Assembly (NCBI GenBank): GCA_001599295.1
Contig: BCGN01000008.1
Span: 558,001-622,000, forward strand
DNA: 64,000 bases
Reading direction: 5' to 3'
DNA from: Sporopachydermia quercuum
Taxonomy: Eukaryota
This document shows, piece by piece, positions 1 through 12,716 of this stretch. The translations under genes were made by a program, and so were the position numbers. Below the pieces are notes generated by a model that was not told the DNA's origin, did not search any database, and saw only the letters and a list, made by a program, of their open reading frames with translations. How positions within the stretch are numbered: the first letter of the stretch is position 1; every line of letters starts with the position of its first letter.

Positions 1-1709
1 TTTATTTGAATATTCGTTGTCTTCTTGGGTTAATTTGGAGAAACGAATTATGAGTTCAAGATTTATTTCTAAAACATCTTAACAAAACCATACACAATTG
101 TAAGCTCCATCTTCAATACAAAAAATTATTTAGCATAATATGTGCCCTACTATTTATTGTTAAGAAACTGTGCTTCTAGATGTAAACGAAATGATTTGTC
201 GAAGGAAGTTCAATTATTCNTTTAATAGAAAAGAGTTCATACTCAATTGTCAGNTTTAAAATTATTCATCAGGGAGATCATCACTAAAGTTCACTAAAGT
301 GATGATCGCTAAACGAAGATTACCGGATTTGTAAGGTATTCCAAACCTTAATTAAACATTATTCCCAAATAGGAAGTTAAACTTGAACACAGTTCAACGT
401 CGGAGTTCCTGTTGTCATTCATTAATGGGCAATTGAGAGATTTATTCTAGAATTATTTGGAACAGTGGTAGATTGCTAAATTGCTAATTCCAAGAGAAAT
501 CAGAAGAAATTTGTTCCGGTATTAGACATAATTGTTGACACTATCATTAACAGAAAGGGAAATAAAAGGAACTGCCAACCATTTGACTAAATATAACACA
601 TATATATGTTATATTGGACAAAACCATGTTACTGTGAGCAGATGAATAGTGTATAATTCACGATGGAATTGCAAGATTCAATCATTCCAAGCAATAATTG
701 CATATCCTGTTGGCAGGGTTAAGGAGTAGGCCATTTCAGTTATATGTCACCTTGTTTGAATTTCTTGTATTAGGNCGCAGAATCTTGTTAGGTAGCTGTT
801 GAAAGAAGATTAACTNACATTATACTNTTCAACCTCAAACTGATACAAGGCTGGTTAGAAAGACATTGATTATTATTTACAACCGATTGTTCCATTTCAA
901 TGTTTATTTGCTCGAATTGTACAACTTTGAATTTCAAAGGTGATTTTGATGTTCCTACAGACAGATCCTTTTTTAATAAGCTTTGACTGAAATTATAAAA
1001 TTAATATTTTGAGTTAAATGAGATTTGATCCTGAAAAGCTGCAGTTCTTATAATTGAGAATCTGAGTCTTGAACGAAAACTAAGAATAATTTTTTATTTG
1101 ACAGGTGTAACCCCGTATACTCATTGCCCAAGATTCGATTCTTCCATTGAATTCTAGCATTCATTTTGTATTATTTTTTTATCATCTCTCTATTCAAAAT
1201 GGTCTTTATGGTGTCCTTTGGAAAACTATTTCTTCTCCCTTGTAAATTACCTTATAGAGTACCTGAANCCCAACTAATAGTTTCTCCAACCTGGCTTTCT
1301 CATATGGTCTTTGCATATGTAACTAAGAAAATAGTTGGTCTATAACTATTCTAGTTGAAATTTTGTCGAATGACCCTGGCATTTGATTTATTTCAACCCA
1401 AATATAACTCAATAGCAAAATATGCCTTTCTATCAAACTTATTGGAAGTGACATTTGTTGCTTGCAGATTGAAGAGCAAAGCAAGATTATCGTTTACAAG
1501 TCGTAGATTTCTAATTGTTTTCAACCTCGTAAGACCATAGGATAATCCAATATATTTAGTTGTAAGGAAAAGTACTAGTAAGTATTTTGATAGTTGTCTC
1601 TCTTCATCTTGTATTCATATTCCNATCCAACTGAAATATCATGGGTCCGATTTACCATGTATATGCATTAGAAAATTTGAACAGTCAAATTAACAAAATA
1701 CATATNAAC

Positions 1710-1731
1710 TATTATTATTATTATTATTATT
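1710..1731. repeat. (ATT)n microsatellite
   Basis: About 7 consecutive ATT units read directly. Confidence 0.85.
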
Positions 1732-2095
1732 CTCTTTCTATCTATCTGTCTGATCATCAANTATAATATATTTGTTGCTTGCACTNTATATTGGATACTT
1801 TCAATAGTATGCAACTTAATTTCGTAAATGAAATGTCTTTCACTTCGCGCATAATTTTCACATGCAAGTTTCACCTACAACTCAGCCGTGGATGATTGAA
1901 GAATGAAAACATTATCAAGCGAGTATTCAATCCATATGAAATATGAAATCAAGAAAATAGAAAGCAAGAAAGGCAGAGCCAATCAATCCAAGGCGAATAT
2001 GATTATAATTGTTCGATATTTTCAATTAATATTTGATACTCCTCAATACATCAAAGAACCATCGATTCCATTCCTCATTATGCGCGGTGAAGAGA

Positions 2096-2140
2096 TCTCA
2101 TCTCACCTCATCTCATCTCATCTCTGCTCATCCATCTCAT
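2096..2140. repeat. Degenerate (TCTCA)n pentanucleotide repeat
   Basis: tctca tctca cctca tctca tctca tctct gctca read directly. Confidence 0.8.
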
Positions 2141-2850
2141 TTCAGGTTAGTTTGACCTTAAAAGACTGGTCCNTAAACAAATGGAGAGGCAATACTGATT
2201 ACACTATCAAAAATATACCTTTCATAAAGAGATTATTAACCTGAATTANTCAGTGGAACGACCGATAATTAAGAGAAATTATCAAATGGTGCACATTGTA
2301 AGCTCGTAAGTAATAAACTCATCACTGTAAAACTGAGTTAGCCCATTGCCTGCTCCGAAATCCGGGGCAGGATTCAAATAAGCAACGAGAGCAGCCAAGT
2401 CAAACATCAGTTCAACAACGAGAGTTTTGAATATCCTAATTATATATGTATTTAATATCAACATTAGCTCAAGTTTTCTTTTTGGAGCAAGTTTACATTC
2501 ATCTTTTAGAGCTCGTCCATTAAACAGTTTCTCATCAAATAATAATCNTTAACCTATAATGGATTTAAATTCACTCATCTCAATCTACTTCTTTTCGGTC
2601 ATATGGACAGTCACTATTTCAAACAGTACACTCTTTATTTTTCGAATCGAACACTGATATATTTTCGTCACCGATATATTTCTATAGTCCGATCCGATCA
2701 TCCTTCTTCGTTGAATCATCTGCCAAATGTATTTTCACCTTCATTCATACTAAATTTATTTTTCATTCAGTTTGAAACCTGGGGAAAATATTCCTCCATG
2801 TAAAAACACAACCGATGATCGGCTCCGATCTCGGAAAATGGCTTAATCAA

Positions 2851-2916
2851 CCAATCAAATCCATTTCAAACAATCAATATTCAAGGTCAATATTGGGTTA
2901 CATAAACGATGATTGG
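2851..2916. promoter_or_regulatory. Candidate Hap2/3/5 CCAAT boxes upstream of ACO1
   Basis: CCAATCA at 2851-2857, TGATTGG at 2910-2916, another CCAATCA at 1979-1985; aconitase is a known Hap-complex target in yeasts. Confidence 0.45.
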
Positions 2917-4081
2917 TTTCCCACCTAAAATAACGGATTATGCATGAAGATGCATAGATATGTTCAATAANAGCTGCAGATTCAATTTTATTCTCAAATG
3001 TACGTAAAGTAAGAATATGGGGTATGATGAGAAAATGACCGAGCTGGGCCGAAAGGTATTGATTCCCAATAGTTAAAAAGGGTTGTATTTAAATTACTTG
3101 GAGAAAAAATTAGAGAGAGAATCAAGGATAATAAATATGCCAGAGTTGTACAACCATTATCTGTCGCTATTGAAAACTCATCTATATTAAATTTGGAATG
3201 AAATCTCCAAATTGATCAATTCAAGGTTATCAATCATGAAGTGAAATTTCAGCCTATGAGAGAGTTTATAATACTTGTGTGTAATCTCTTGGTTGTACGT
3301 AACAGTAAATGGCTGTTTTGCATGCTTCCAGCGGGACATGGAAAAACTACGGCAAGTTGAGTGGGAAAGATGCGGTTTTAAATCTACGAAAGAACAGTTA
3401 GGTTAATCTATACCAGGAAACATCAGATTTTAATGACCTTAGTGGAGCATAGACCAAAAAAAACTCATAATTCTGATCGCAATTCTAGTCCAATCTAATT
3501 TAACCTTACCTTGTATCCTAGATCTGATATTACTGATTCAAGTACACGCTCATCAACAGCTGAAATTAATTCTTTTCTTATTGTTTTGAGCCTGAAGAAT
3601 TATACCAATTAGCAATGTAATTTAACGAAAANTTTGCACTCTACTTTTAATCATTCAATTATATAAAAGTGAAAATATAAAGAATGTTAATTAAACCTTT
3701 TCATAGCTTGCCCTACTTCTCATTTTAACCTACTAATGCACGCATATGCGATATCAACCAGTACTACATTAAGTACAAAGTTTTAAACCATACGGATATA
3801 TGGAAGAAACCTTCCATAATGCTCATTTGGTGCAACAAAATGCCCTGTTTCTGACAGAAATCAATTGATTTCCATATATATAAAGCAATTTTATTCCCAG
3901 TTTTTTCTTCTTCTCCAAAACAAAGACGATTGACAATTTCTGTTTTCTCTCTTTCCCTCTCTCTTTGATTTACCTTTTTATATTCTTTTATTTCTTTTTC
4001 TTCTCTGTAGGATATCTTTGTAATCTGATCAGCGTTCATTAGAACTGGTGACTACTAAGATAAAGAATCCATTTATACACA

Positions 4082-6963
4082 ATGCTTTCTGTAGCTAGAC
4101 TCAGAGGCCTTCGAACGGTAAGTTTTTGAGTGAAACGAGCCACTGATTTAAACTGCTTGAACAGATTTTCATACATTTTATCACATTTCAATATGGTTCC
4201 AATGATATTCAGGAATCAGATTCTTTTAGCCCTCTAATGGTTTCATTTCTTAAGTTTGGGGATGAACTTACCATTACTAAGACTTGCTGCAACTTGCTGC
4301 AACTGTGTATGATCATCCAAATCTTTGTAGTGCAGTAATGATTTCATTGATTATCATGAGTATCATATCGAATTACTTTATTTCCATTACTATTTTGATA
4401 TGAAAGCTTCAGTCATTAATTTTTGTGATAATCGTTTTGCCACGGAAACAAATTTCTGATTTCACTCAATGAGTAAGATGCCATTGGCTAGGGTGGAAAC
4501 TTAAAAGTTTGGTTTGACAAGCCGGACATCGGACTAAAAGTGAATGAATTGGAATGTGATCAAATGAGAAATATGGAATAGTGATAATATTTAGGTGGTT
4601 ATTCTCTTGTTGCAATTACTAACGATTGATTAATATAGGCCGCTACCAAATTTACCAATGCCAGATCTATGGCTACGGTTTCATCCGGTATCACCCCAGA
4701 CTCCAAAGTTGAAATGAACTTGTTGGAAAAGGGAAACTACATCAACTACAAGAACAATGTCAAGAACCTTGAAATTGTGAAGTCAAGATTAGGAAGACCT
4801 TTGACCTACGCTGAAAAAATTCTGTACAGTCATTTAGACAAGCCCCATGAGCAAGATATTGAAAGAGGTGTTTCATACTTAAAGTTGAGACCTGATCGTG
4901 TTGCTTGTCAAGATGCTACTGCTCAAATGGCAATTTTACAATTTATGTCTGCTGGTATGCCACAAGTTGCGACTCCTTCTACTGTCCATTGCGATCACTT
5001 GATTCAAGCCCAAGTTGGTGGCCCAAAGGATTTGGCCAGAGCCATTGAAATCAACAAAGAAGTTTATGATTTCTTGGCTACTGCCTGTGCTAAGTACAAT
5101 CTTGGTTTCTGGAAGCCAGGTTCTGGTATTATTCATCAAATCATCTTGGAAAATTATGCTTTCCCCGGTGCCTTGTTGATTGGTACTGATTCCCACACTC
5201 CTAATGCTGGTGGTTTAGGTCAATTAGCTATTGGTGTTGGTGGTGCTGACGCTGTAGATGTCATGGCTGGTCTCCCATGGGAATTGAAGGCTCCTAAGAT
5301 CATTGGTGTCAAGTTGACTGGTAAGCTCAACGGATGGACTTCTCCTAAGGATATCATTCTTAAGGTTGCTGGTATCACTACCGTTAAGGGTGGTACTGGT
5401 GCTATTGTTGAATATTTCGGTGATGGTGTTGACGCCCTTTCTTGTACTGGTATGGCTACCATCTGTAATATGGGTGCTGAAATCGGTGCCACTACCTCCG
5501 TTTTCCCTTACAACCACTCTATGTCTAAATATTTGAATGCTACTAGAAGAGGATCAATTGCCGCTTTTGCTGACTTGTACAAGGATACCTACTTATCTGC
5601 TGATGAAGGTTGTGAATACGATCAATTGATTGAGGTCGATCTTAACACATTGGAACCTTACATCAATGGTCCTTTCACTCCAGATCTTGCTACTCCTATC
5701 TCCAAGATGAAGGAAGTTGCTGTCGAAAGGGGATGGCCTCTTGAAGTGAAGGTTGGTCTTATTGGTTCTTGCACCAATTCTTCTTACGAAGATATGACCA
5801 GATCTGCTTCCATCATTAAGGATGCTGCTAGCCACGGATTAAAATCCAAGACTATCTTTACCATTACTCCTGGTTCCGAACAAGTTAGGGCTACTATCGA
5901 AAGAGACGGTCAATTGCAAACTTTCTTGGACTTTGGTGGTCTAGTTTTAGCTAACGCTTGTGGTCCTTGTATCGGTCAATGGGATAGAAGAGACATTAAG
6001 AAGGGTGACAAGAACACCATTGTTTCTTCTTACAACAGAAATTTCACTGGTAGAAATGATTCTAACCCTCAAACCCATGCTTTCGTTGCTTCTCCTGAAA
6101 TTGTCACCGCTTTCGCCCTTGCCGGTGATTTGAGATTCAATCCTCTCACTGATCCTTTGAAAGATGCTGATGGAAATGAGTTTATGCTCAAGGCTCCTAC
6201 TGGTGTTGGTTTACCTGAAAAGGGATACGACCCTGGTGTGGATACTTACCAAGCTCCTCCTGCTGATAGATCAGCTGTCACTGTTCAAGTCTCCCCTACT
6301 TCCGACCGTCTTCAACTTTTGAAGCCTTTCAAACCATGGGACGGAAAGGATGCTTATAATCTCCCAATTTTGATTAANGCTCTTGGTAAGACGACCACCG
6401 ATCATATTTCTCAAGCTGGTCCATGGTTGAAATACAGAGGTCATTTGGAGAATATCTCCAACAATTATATGATTGGCGCTATCAATATTGAAAATGGTGA
6501 AGCCAACAACATTGCTAACCTTTACACTGGTGAACGTGGTGGTGTTCCAGACATTGCCAAGCAATACAGAGACAAGGGAATCAAGTGGGTTGTCATTGGT
6601 GACGAAAATTTCGGTGAAGGTTCTTCCCGTGAACACGCTGCCTTGGAACCAAGATTCTTGGGTGGCTTTGCCATTATTACCAAATCATTTGCTCGTATTC
6701 ACGAAACCAACTTAAAGAAGCAAGGTCTTTTACCTCTTAACTTTGCTGATCCTAAGGACTATGACAAGATCAACTTCAATGACACTGTTGACTTGATTGG
6801 TCTTACTGAATTAGCTCCTGGTAAACCAGTTACTTTAGTTGTTCACCCTCATGACGGCTCTCCTGCTTTCGAAGTCAAGTTGACCCACACTTATAACGAT
6901 GAACAAATTGAATGGTTCAAGGCAGGTTCTGCTCTTAACAAGATGGCAAAACACACTAAATAA
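4082..6963 (+). CDS. ACO1: Mitochondrial aconitate hydratase; exons 4082-4117 and 4639-6963
   Basis: Aconitase motifs [42 protein letters not shown]. Exon 1 [12 protein letters not shown] (basic presequence) joins in frame through GTAAGT (4118) / TACTAAC (4617-4623) / TAG (4638) to [14 protein letters not shown]. Confidence 0.97.
4118..4638 (+). other. Spliceosomal intron of ACO1 (521 nt)
   Basis: GTAAGT donor, TACTAAC branch point, TAG acceptor; phase 0 and restores a mitochondrial-type presequence. Confidence 0.9.
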
Positions 6964-7550
6964 GTAACCATCTAGCTCTTGAGTTAAACATTTGTATAGT
7001 CTGAAATCATTCGCATAACTTATTTATTTATTGAATAGTAACACTATTTTTATATTAGTTGGTAATATATTCGTAGTAAATAAATTGGATCACGTAATTG
7101 TAAAAGAGGTCTCCTGTGACGTAGGGGTTTCTCTTATGTTTGTTCGAGGTACAAACGAATTTTCGTTTGTATTGACATAATAATCCTGACATAATCCGCA
7201 TAAAAAGCTATATACCTATATACAACTATTCAAATTGAATACAGTCTATATGATTTTCTATCCTGTTTTATTCGTGGATCATTTGACTGTAATAATATTC
7301 GATCTGTGGAAACATTCCTTTTCTCAATCTTCGGATAGACGCCTACCAAAGTAGCGTCCCATGCCAGGTGCTTTAATGTTACGCTTTACATATAACATTA
7401 TGTCCTATTGTACTAAATATATAACTAATCAATTGAACTGGATATCTCTCTTTCTACTCCACCTGTCTATAGATGACATATACTCTATAGCTGCTTNCAG
7501 ATAAATACGACAGATTACCTAGCTAGCAAAACATTTGAGTATTATGATGC

Positions 7551-10500
7551 ATGATAATGCTTGGAGTGACAGAAATCCCAGGTGTTATATGTCGAAGTGA
7601 AGACGGATGGTTTCTTCTCACTTCTGACCGTGCAGCTTTAACAACATGCTTTACTTATGGAGTGATTGATGTTTTACTATCATTATTTGGAATAATATCT
7701 GTTTCACAGCTGATAAGGAAAAAGAATGATAGACCGGTTAAGTATCGATTTTCATTGAAAAGCGCTAAATTCATCGGAAAAGTATTTCTTCTCATAGGTA
7801 GTAGTATCATAGGAATATGGCAATTGCTACTATTACAGAAGGAATTTGGCTCGTCAGAGTTGGAGTCAAATGATTATGTTCATCGTAACATCAACAATGA
7901 TGCTATTATCAAGAGCAAAGCAGATATCCGGACTCTAGCTGTTATTTCTAATATTTTAGTTCAGATATTCGTTTTCTTGCCGTTGGTTGTTGTTGATCAG
8001 AGAAATGCCATAGTCAATCGCGTTTCTGGTGTAATGATACCTAATTCATTTTTATTATTGTTCTGGGCAGGCAAACTATCGTTTCATACAATAGAAGTTT
8101 TCTTAGTAATTCTACAAGACAAAACATATTTCAAGAGTCATCAGTTAGTAACAGTGTCATGTCTTCAATTGGCTTTGACGATTATTACATTTAGCTCATT
8201 ATGGCTTATCCCTGAAAGACTAGGGCATATCATGCTACTAGATGAACCAGAAGGCTTATCATATATGTCAAATTTAGTGCCAGATGAGATATATAAACAA
8301 GATATTGATAATATTGACGTATTTTCAAGGCTTAGCTTTAGCTGGATGAATCCTTTGATTAGTAGAGGATATAAATTACAAGTTATTGAGCACGAAGATT
8401 TACCTACGCTACCAATGGTGATGCAGAGTGATAAAACATCAGGAAAGCTTCGTTACTATTGGAATAAACAGTTAAAGAAGCTGGATGAGACTGAATCAGA
8501 TCACTTTGCTCCTACCCACCTTTCAGATAATAAAGAGCCAGTTGATGGTGTTAAAATTTTATACCAAAGAAAGCAACCAAATATTATCATTGCATTATTT
8601 CAAGCATATGGTGTAACATTCTTCATTGCCTGTTTATTTGAGCTTTTAGATTCTATCATAGTTTTTGTTCAACCACAGCTATTGAAACAACTGATTTCCT
8701 TTGTTTCTGAATATAATGGAAACAAGAATAACAAAAATCCTGATTCATCTCTAAAAACTCCTTTACTACCAGGCGCTCTTATAGTTATTTCAATGTTCAT
8801 CATTTCAATAGTGGAAACCTCGTTATACAATCAATACTTTCTCAAAACTCTGCAAACAAGTTTAATGATCAAATCAGGTATTAGTTGCCTTTTATATGAC
8901 AAAGTTCTTTGTCTATCTTCAAATGAAAGAGCAAATAGAAACTCTGGCACTATTATTAATCTAATGTCTGTTGATGTTTCAAGAATGCAAGACGTTATGC
9001 AAAATATTAGAGTGTTATGGTCTGCTCCTATAAAGCTAACTATCGGTTTGTACAGCTTACATACACTATTGGGCAATGCAATGTGGTCTGGTGTTGGTCT
9101 AATTATTTTGATGATACCAGTCAACTTATTAATTGCTCGGGAAATGAAAAAGCTTCAGAAACAACAAATGACTTTCAAAGATGCAAGAACAATGCTTATT
9201 AATGAAATATTATCTTCAATTAAAAGTCTCAAGCTTTATGGATGGGAAGATGCAATGCTAGAAAAGCTGAGCTATATCAGAAATGAGCAAGAGTTAAAGA
9301 ACCTACAAAAAATCGGTGTATTCTCTGCATTATCAAATTTTTCATGGAATATTGTTCCATTTCTTGTCTCTTGTAGTACTTTTGGTGTATTTGCTTATAC
9401 TAGTGAAGCACCAATGACCTCAGAAATTGTGTTTCCTGCTTTATCGCTATATGCCTTATTATCTGGTCCAATATATGCATTACCAGCAGTTATATCATCA
9501 ATAATTGAAGCAGCTGTTGCTGTGAAAAGAGTTACGAGTTTCTTGTTGGCTCAAGAAATTCTATTAGATGACATTGAAAGAAAACCGCGTGAAGAAATAT
9601 TAGGGAGACCTGTAATTGATATCTCCAATGCAACATTTTTATGGGATAAAGTGAAGAAAGAACAATACTCCGATAATGTTGACGAAGACGACAACGAATA
9701 TGAAGACAACAATAGTAGTATTGATGATTTAATTGTTATCAAAGATTTGAACTTTCAAGCTATGAAGGGTGAACTATCGTGTGTATGTGGTAGAGTTGGT
9801 AGTGGTAAGACTGCATTNCTCAGAGCAATTATTGGCGATTTGATCAAATTGAGAGGTTCTGTCACTTTAAAGAGATCCGTTGCTTATTGTCCNCAAGCTC
9901 CTTGGATTATCAATGGGTCAGTTAGGGAAAACGTATTATTTGGTAATAAGTTTGAGAGTGAATTTTATCATAAAACATTGACTGCTTGTGGATTAGAAGA
10001 GGATTTGAAGATATTGTCTGATGGTGATGAAACACTTGTCGGTGAGAATGGTATATCTCTTTCTGGCGGTCAAAAGGCAAGAGTTTCCTTAGCAAGAGCT
10101 GTGTATTCTCGTGCTGATATTTATTTGCTCGATGATATTCTTTCTGCTGTTGATGAGCACGTTGGCGCAGGAATTATAAATAATGTCCTAGGCCCTGATG
10201 GAATTCTCAATAGTAAATGTAGAATTCTAACAACCAATAATATGAAAGTATTATCGTATGCTGATGATATATATTTCATTAAGGATAAAATTGTTCACCA
10301 TGAAGGTGTTCTCTCCGATGTATTAGCATCAAATTCAGAGCTAAGCTCACTAATCCATGAATTTGGTTCAGAGCAGCACTCGGAGGATTTTCCTATTGAT
10401 TCTAAGGCAAGGCAGAGGGAAACAAATGGAATCAATCAAACTATCTCGAAATCCCAGTCGACATTAAGTCTCAGTTCCAGTTTAAGTGAGCTTTCATTGA

Positions 10501-12530
10501 TTTCCGGTGATGAAACCGCTATTGAACGGGAACTAGATGATATGGATCTTCCTCATAGTATTAATGAAGACGAAGCTATAGAAGATTTGCTTGCATCTGA
10601 AGCTGAATTAAGAAAACAAAAGCTATCTAGAATTCAATCGCATATGACTTTGAGACCTCCAAGTCCAGAAAGGTTAGCAGTAAAGAGTTTTAACAAAGCT
10701 AAATCGAATGGTAGATCGCGGAAAGAAGTGTCTGAAGTTGGTAGTGTTAAGTGGTCAGTTTATAAGGATTATATTGAATCATGTACTTGGATAGGTGTGC
10801 TGGGATTTTTTGTTTTCTTGGTTTTGACTTCAATAGCAGCTTATGCTAGTTCATATTGGCTTAAGCATTGGGCAGAGGAAAATGAAAAAGCCGGCAGGAA
10901 TTCAAAAGTGCTTTTGTTCATTTCAATATATGCTATTCTAAGCTTCAGTTCATCTATATTCACATTTCTTAGATCAGTGGTGATGTGGGTTTACTGTGGA
11001 ATTCGAGCTGCTAGAACTATGCATAATAAGCTTGCTAATTCAGTTGTTCATTCATCAATGGAATTCTTTGAAACCACCCCGATTGGTAGGATATTGAATA
11101 GATTTACCGGTGATATTAATAGGATTGATGAAACAATTGTTAGAGTTTTAGCAGGTTTTTTTTCATCAGGGGTTAAAACAATTCTAACTCTTATCATAAT
11201 ATGTGTTTCAATGCCCTGGTTTGTTGGTATAATGATATGTTTATCAGGATTATATATTTTCTACCAAAGATACTATATTGCCACCACAAGAGATTTGAAA
11301 CGTATTTTAAGTGTTTCCAAGTCTCCAGTTTATGCTCATNTACAAGAATCTTTAGCTGGAGTTGCATCTGTTCGTGCATATGAACAAGAAGATAGATTTA
11401 GAGCTCAACATATGCTTAATGTTGATTTTAATCTAACTGCAAGCTATGTTTTCCGGTCAATCAATAGATGGTTATCAGTTAGATTACAATTTATTGGGTC
11501 TATTGTTATATTGGCTGCTGCTAGCATGGCATTAGGTACACTCAAGACATCAAAGCCAATTTCCGCGGGTATGATTGGTTTAATTATGAGCTATGCTTTA
11601 CAGGTGACTGATTCTTTATTGTGGATTGTAAGAATGACAGTTGAAGTTGAAACAAATGTCGTTTCAATAGAAAGGGTCCTAGAGTATTGCAGATTACCGC
11701 AAGAAGGTAATCAGAATATGCTTAAAGATCCTGCAGCTACACCTGCTGCGTACCAACTCCAAGTTGATAATTTCTGGCCATCTAGGGGTGAAATTCTGTT
11801 TACCAACTATTCAACGAAATACCGTCAAGAATTAGAACCAGTGTTGAAAAGTATTCATCTTCATATTAACCCGGAAGAGAAAATTGGCGTGGTAGGAAGA
11901 ACTGGTGCTGGTAAGAGCACATTATCGTTGGCTTTGTTTAGAATAATTGAAGCTACTGATGGCAGAATTGAAATTGATGGATTAGATATAAGTAAACTAC
12001 CTTTGAATGTTTTGAGAAGTAAGCTTTCAATAATACCTCAAGACGCCCAAGCGTTCGCTGGTACAGTTCGGGACAATCTTGATCCGTTCAGTATCTATTC
12101 GGATGAAGAGCTTTGGAATGTTCTGGAATTAGCCCATTTGAAACAACATATAGAAACAATGGGACAAGGTCAAAGTAAGGGACTGAATGCGAAAGTTAGT
12201 GAAGGGGGTAGTAATTTTTCTGGTGGTCAGAAACAATTATTATGTTTAGCCAGAGCTTTATTAAGGAAAACAAAAGTATTAGTATTAGATGAAGCAACAG
12301 CAGCAGTTGATTATAAAACAGATCAAATTATTACTGATACTATAGCAAAGAGTTTTAAACATGTTACTGTTATTACCATAGCCCATCGTCTTAATACTGT
12401 GATGAAAAGTGATAAGATTGTTGTGTTAGATAATGGTAATGTAGCAGAATTTGATACTACGGACAATTTGTTGAAAAATAAGAATTCCCTGTTCTTTGGA
12501 TTGTGTAAAAAGGCAGGCATCGTTAGATGA
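7551..12530 (+). CDS. Full-length ABCC/MRP transporter of the Ycf1/Bpt1 type (TMD0-TMD1-NBD1-linker-TMD2-NBD2)
   Basis: NBD1 GRVGSGKT, LSGGQ, YLLDD; NBD2 GRTGAGKS, FSGGQ, VLDEATA; FSRLSFSWMNPLI lasso; FFETTPIGRILNRF; N-terminal hydrophobic TMD0. YCF1 versus BPT1 orthology not resolvable by eye. Confidence 0.93.
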   Translation: MIMLGVTEIPGVICRSEDGWFLLTSDRAALTTCFTYGVIDVLLSLFGIISVSQLIRKKNDRPVKYRFSLKSAKFIGKVFLLIGSSIIGIWQLLLLQKEFGSSELESNDYVHRNINNDAIIKSKADIRTLAVISNILVQIFVFLPLVVVDQRNAIVNRVSGVMIPNSFLLLFWAGKLSFHTIEVFLVILQDKTYFKSHQLVTVSCLQLALTIITFSSLWLIPERLGHIMLLDEPEGLSYMSNLVPDEIYKQDIDNIDVFSRLSFSWMNPLISRGYKLQVIEHEDLPTLPMVMQSDKTSGKLRYYWNKQLKKLDETESDHFAPTHLSDNKEPVDGVKILYQRKQPNIIIALFQAYGVTFFIACLFELLDSIIVFVQPQLLKQLISFVSEYNGNKNNKNPDSSLKTPLLPGALIVISMFIISIVETSLYNQYFLKTLQTSLMIKSGISCLLYDKVLCLSSNERANRNSGTIINLMSVDVSRMQDVMQNIRVLWSAPIKLTIGLYSLHTLLGNAMWSGVGLIILMIPVNLLIAREMKKLQKQQMTFKDARTMLINEILSSIKSLKLYGWEDAMLEKLSYIRNEQELKNLQKIGVFSALSNFSWNIVPFLVSCSTFGVFAYTSEAPMTSEIVFPALSLYALLSGPIYALPAVISSIIEAAVAVKRVTSFLLAQEILLDDIERKPREEILGRPVIDISNATFLWDKVKKEQYSDNVDEDDNEYEDNNSSIDDLIVIKDLNFQAMKGELSCVCGRVGSGKTAXLRAIIGDLIKLRGSVTLKRSVAYCXQAPWIINGSVRENVLFGNKFESEFYHKTLTACGLEEDLKILSDGDETLVGENGISLSGGQKARVSLARAVYSRADIYLLDDILSAVDEHVGAGIINNVLGPDGILNSKCRILTTNNMKVLSYADDIYFIKDKIVHHEGVLSDVLASNSELSSLIHEFGSEQHSEDFPIDSKARQRETNGINQTISKSQSTLSLSSSLSELSLISGDETAIERELDDMDLPHSINEDEAIEDLLASEAELRKQKLSRIQSHMTLRPPSPERLAVKSFNKAKSNGRSRKEVSEVGSVKWSVYKDYIESCTWIGVLGFFVFLVLTSIAAYASSYWLKHWAEENEKAGRNSKVLLFISIYAILSFSSSIFTFLRSVVMWVYCGIRAARTMHNKLANSVVHSSMEFFETTPIGRILNRFTGDINRIDETIVRVLAGFFSSGVKTILTLIIICVSMPWFVGIMICLSGLYIFYQRYYIATTRDLKRILSVSKSPVYAHXQESLAGVASVRAYEQEDRFRAQHMLNVDFNLTASYVFRSINRWLSVRLQFIGSIVILAAASMALGTLKTSKPISAGMIGLIMSYALQVTDSLLWIVRMTVEVETNVVSIERVLEYCRLPQEGNQNMLKDPAATPAAYQLQVDNFWPSRGEILFTNYSTKYRQELEPVLKSIHLHINPEEKIGVVGRTGAGKSTLSLALFRIIEATDGRIEIDGLDISKLPLNVLRSKLSIIPQDAQAFAGTVRDNLDPFSIYSDEELWNVLELAHLKQHIETMGQGQSKGLNAKVSEGGSNFSGGQKQLLCLARALLRKTKVLVLDEATAAVDYKTDQIITDTIAKSFKHVTVITIAHRLNTVMKSDKIVVLDNGNVAEFDTTDNLLKNKNSLFFGLCKKAGIVR

Positions 12531-12716
12531 TATTGGTTATGAGAGTGGGTCACCAAACGATAATATGTGTAAGAGTAGATTTTATAATGACAATAGTAGT
12601 CATAATGATTTTTAGTATGATGTTGATGATAACAATAGTTTAGCAAATGAATAAAATTATCAATTCTTGATATGATTTCTTATATAAACTATGATATAGT
12701 GTAGTATGAACAAAGA

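Noticed and set aside
1355..4039. Six short ORFs upstream of ACO1
   Set aside because: Often non-ATG starts, low-complexity or microsatellite-derived, no recognisable motifs.
4822..4824. Alternative CUG decoding (Ser or Ala)
   Set aside because: CTG occupies conserved Leu positions in Aco1 (KILY), Sar1 (PTLHP) and Mrm2 (DLG).
4936..6715. Antisense and alternative-frame ORFs inside ACO1 and other long genes
   Set aside because: Expected by-products of biased codon usage; no independent motifs.
10120..10245. Degenerate NBD1 (YLLDD Walker B, no switch His) in the ABC transporter
   Set aside because: Normal asymmetry of ABCC/MRP transporters including Ycf1.
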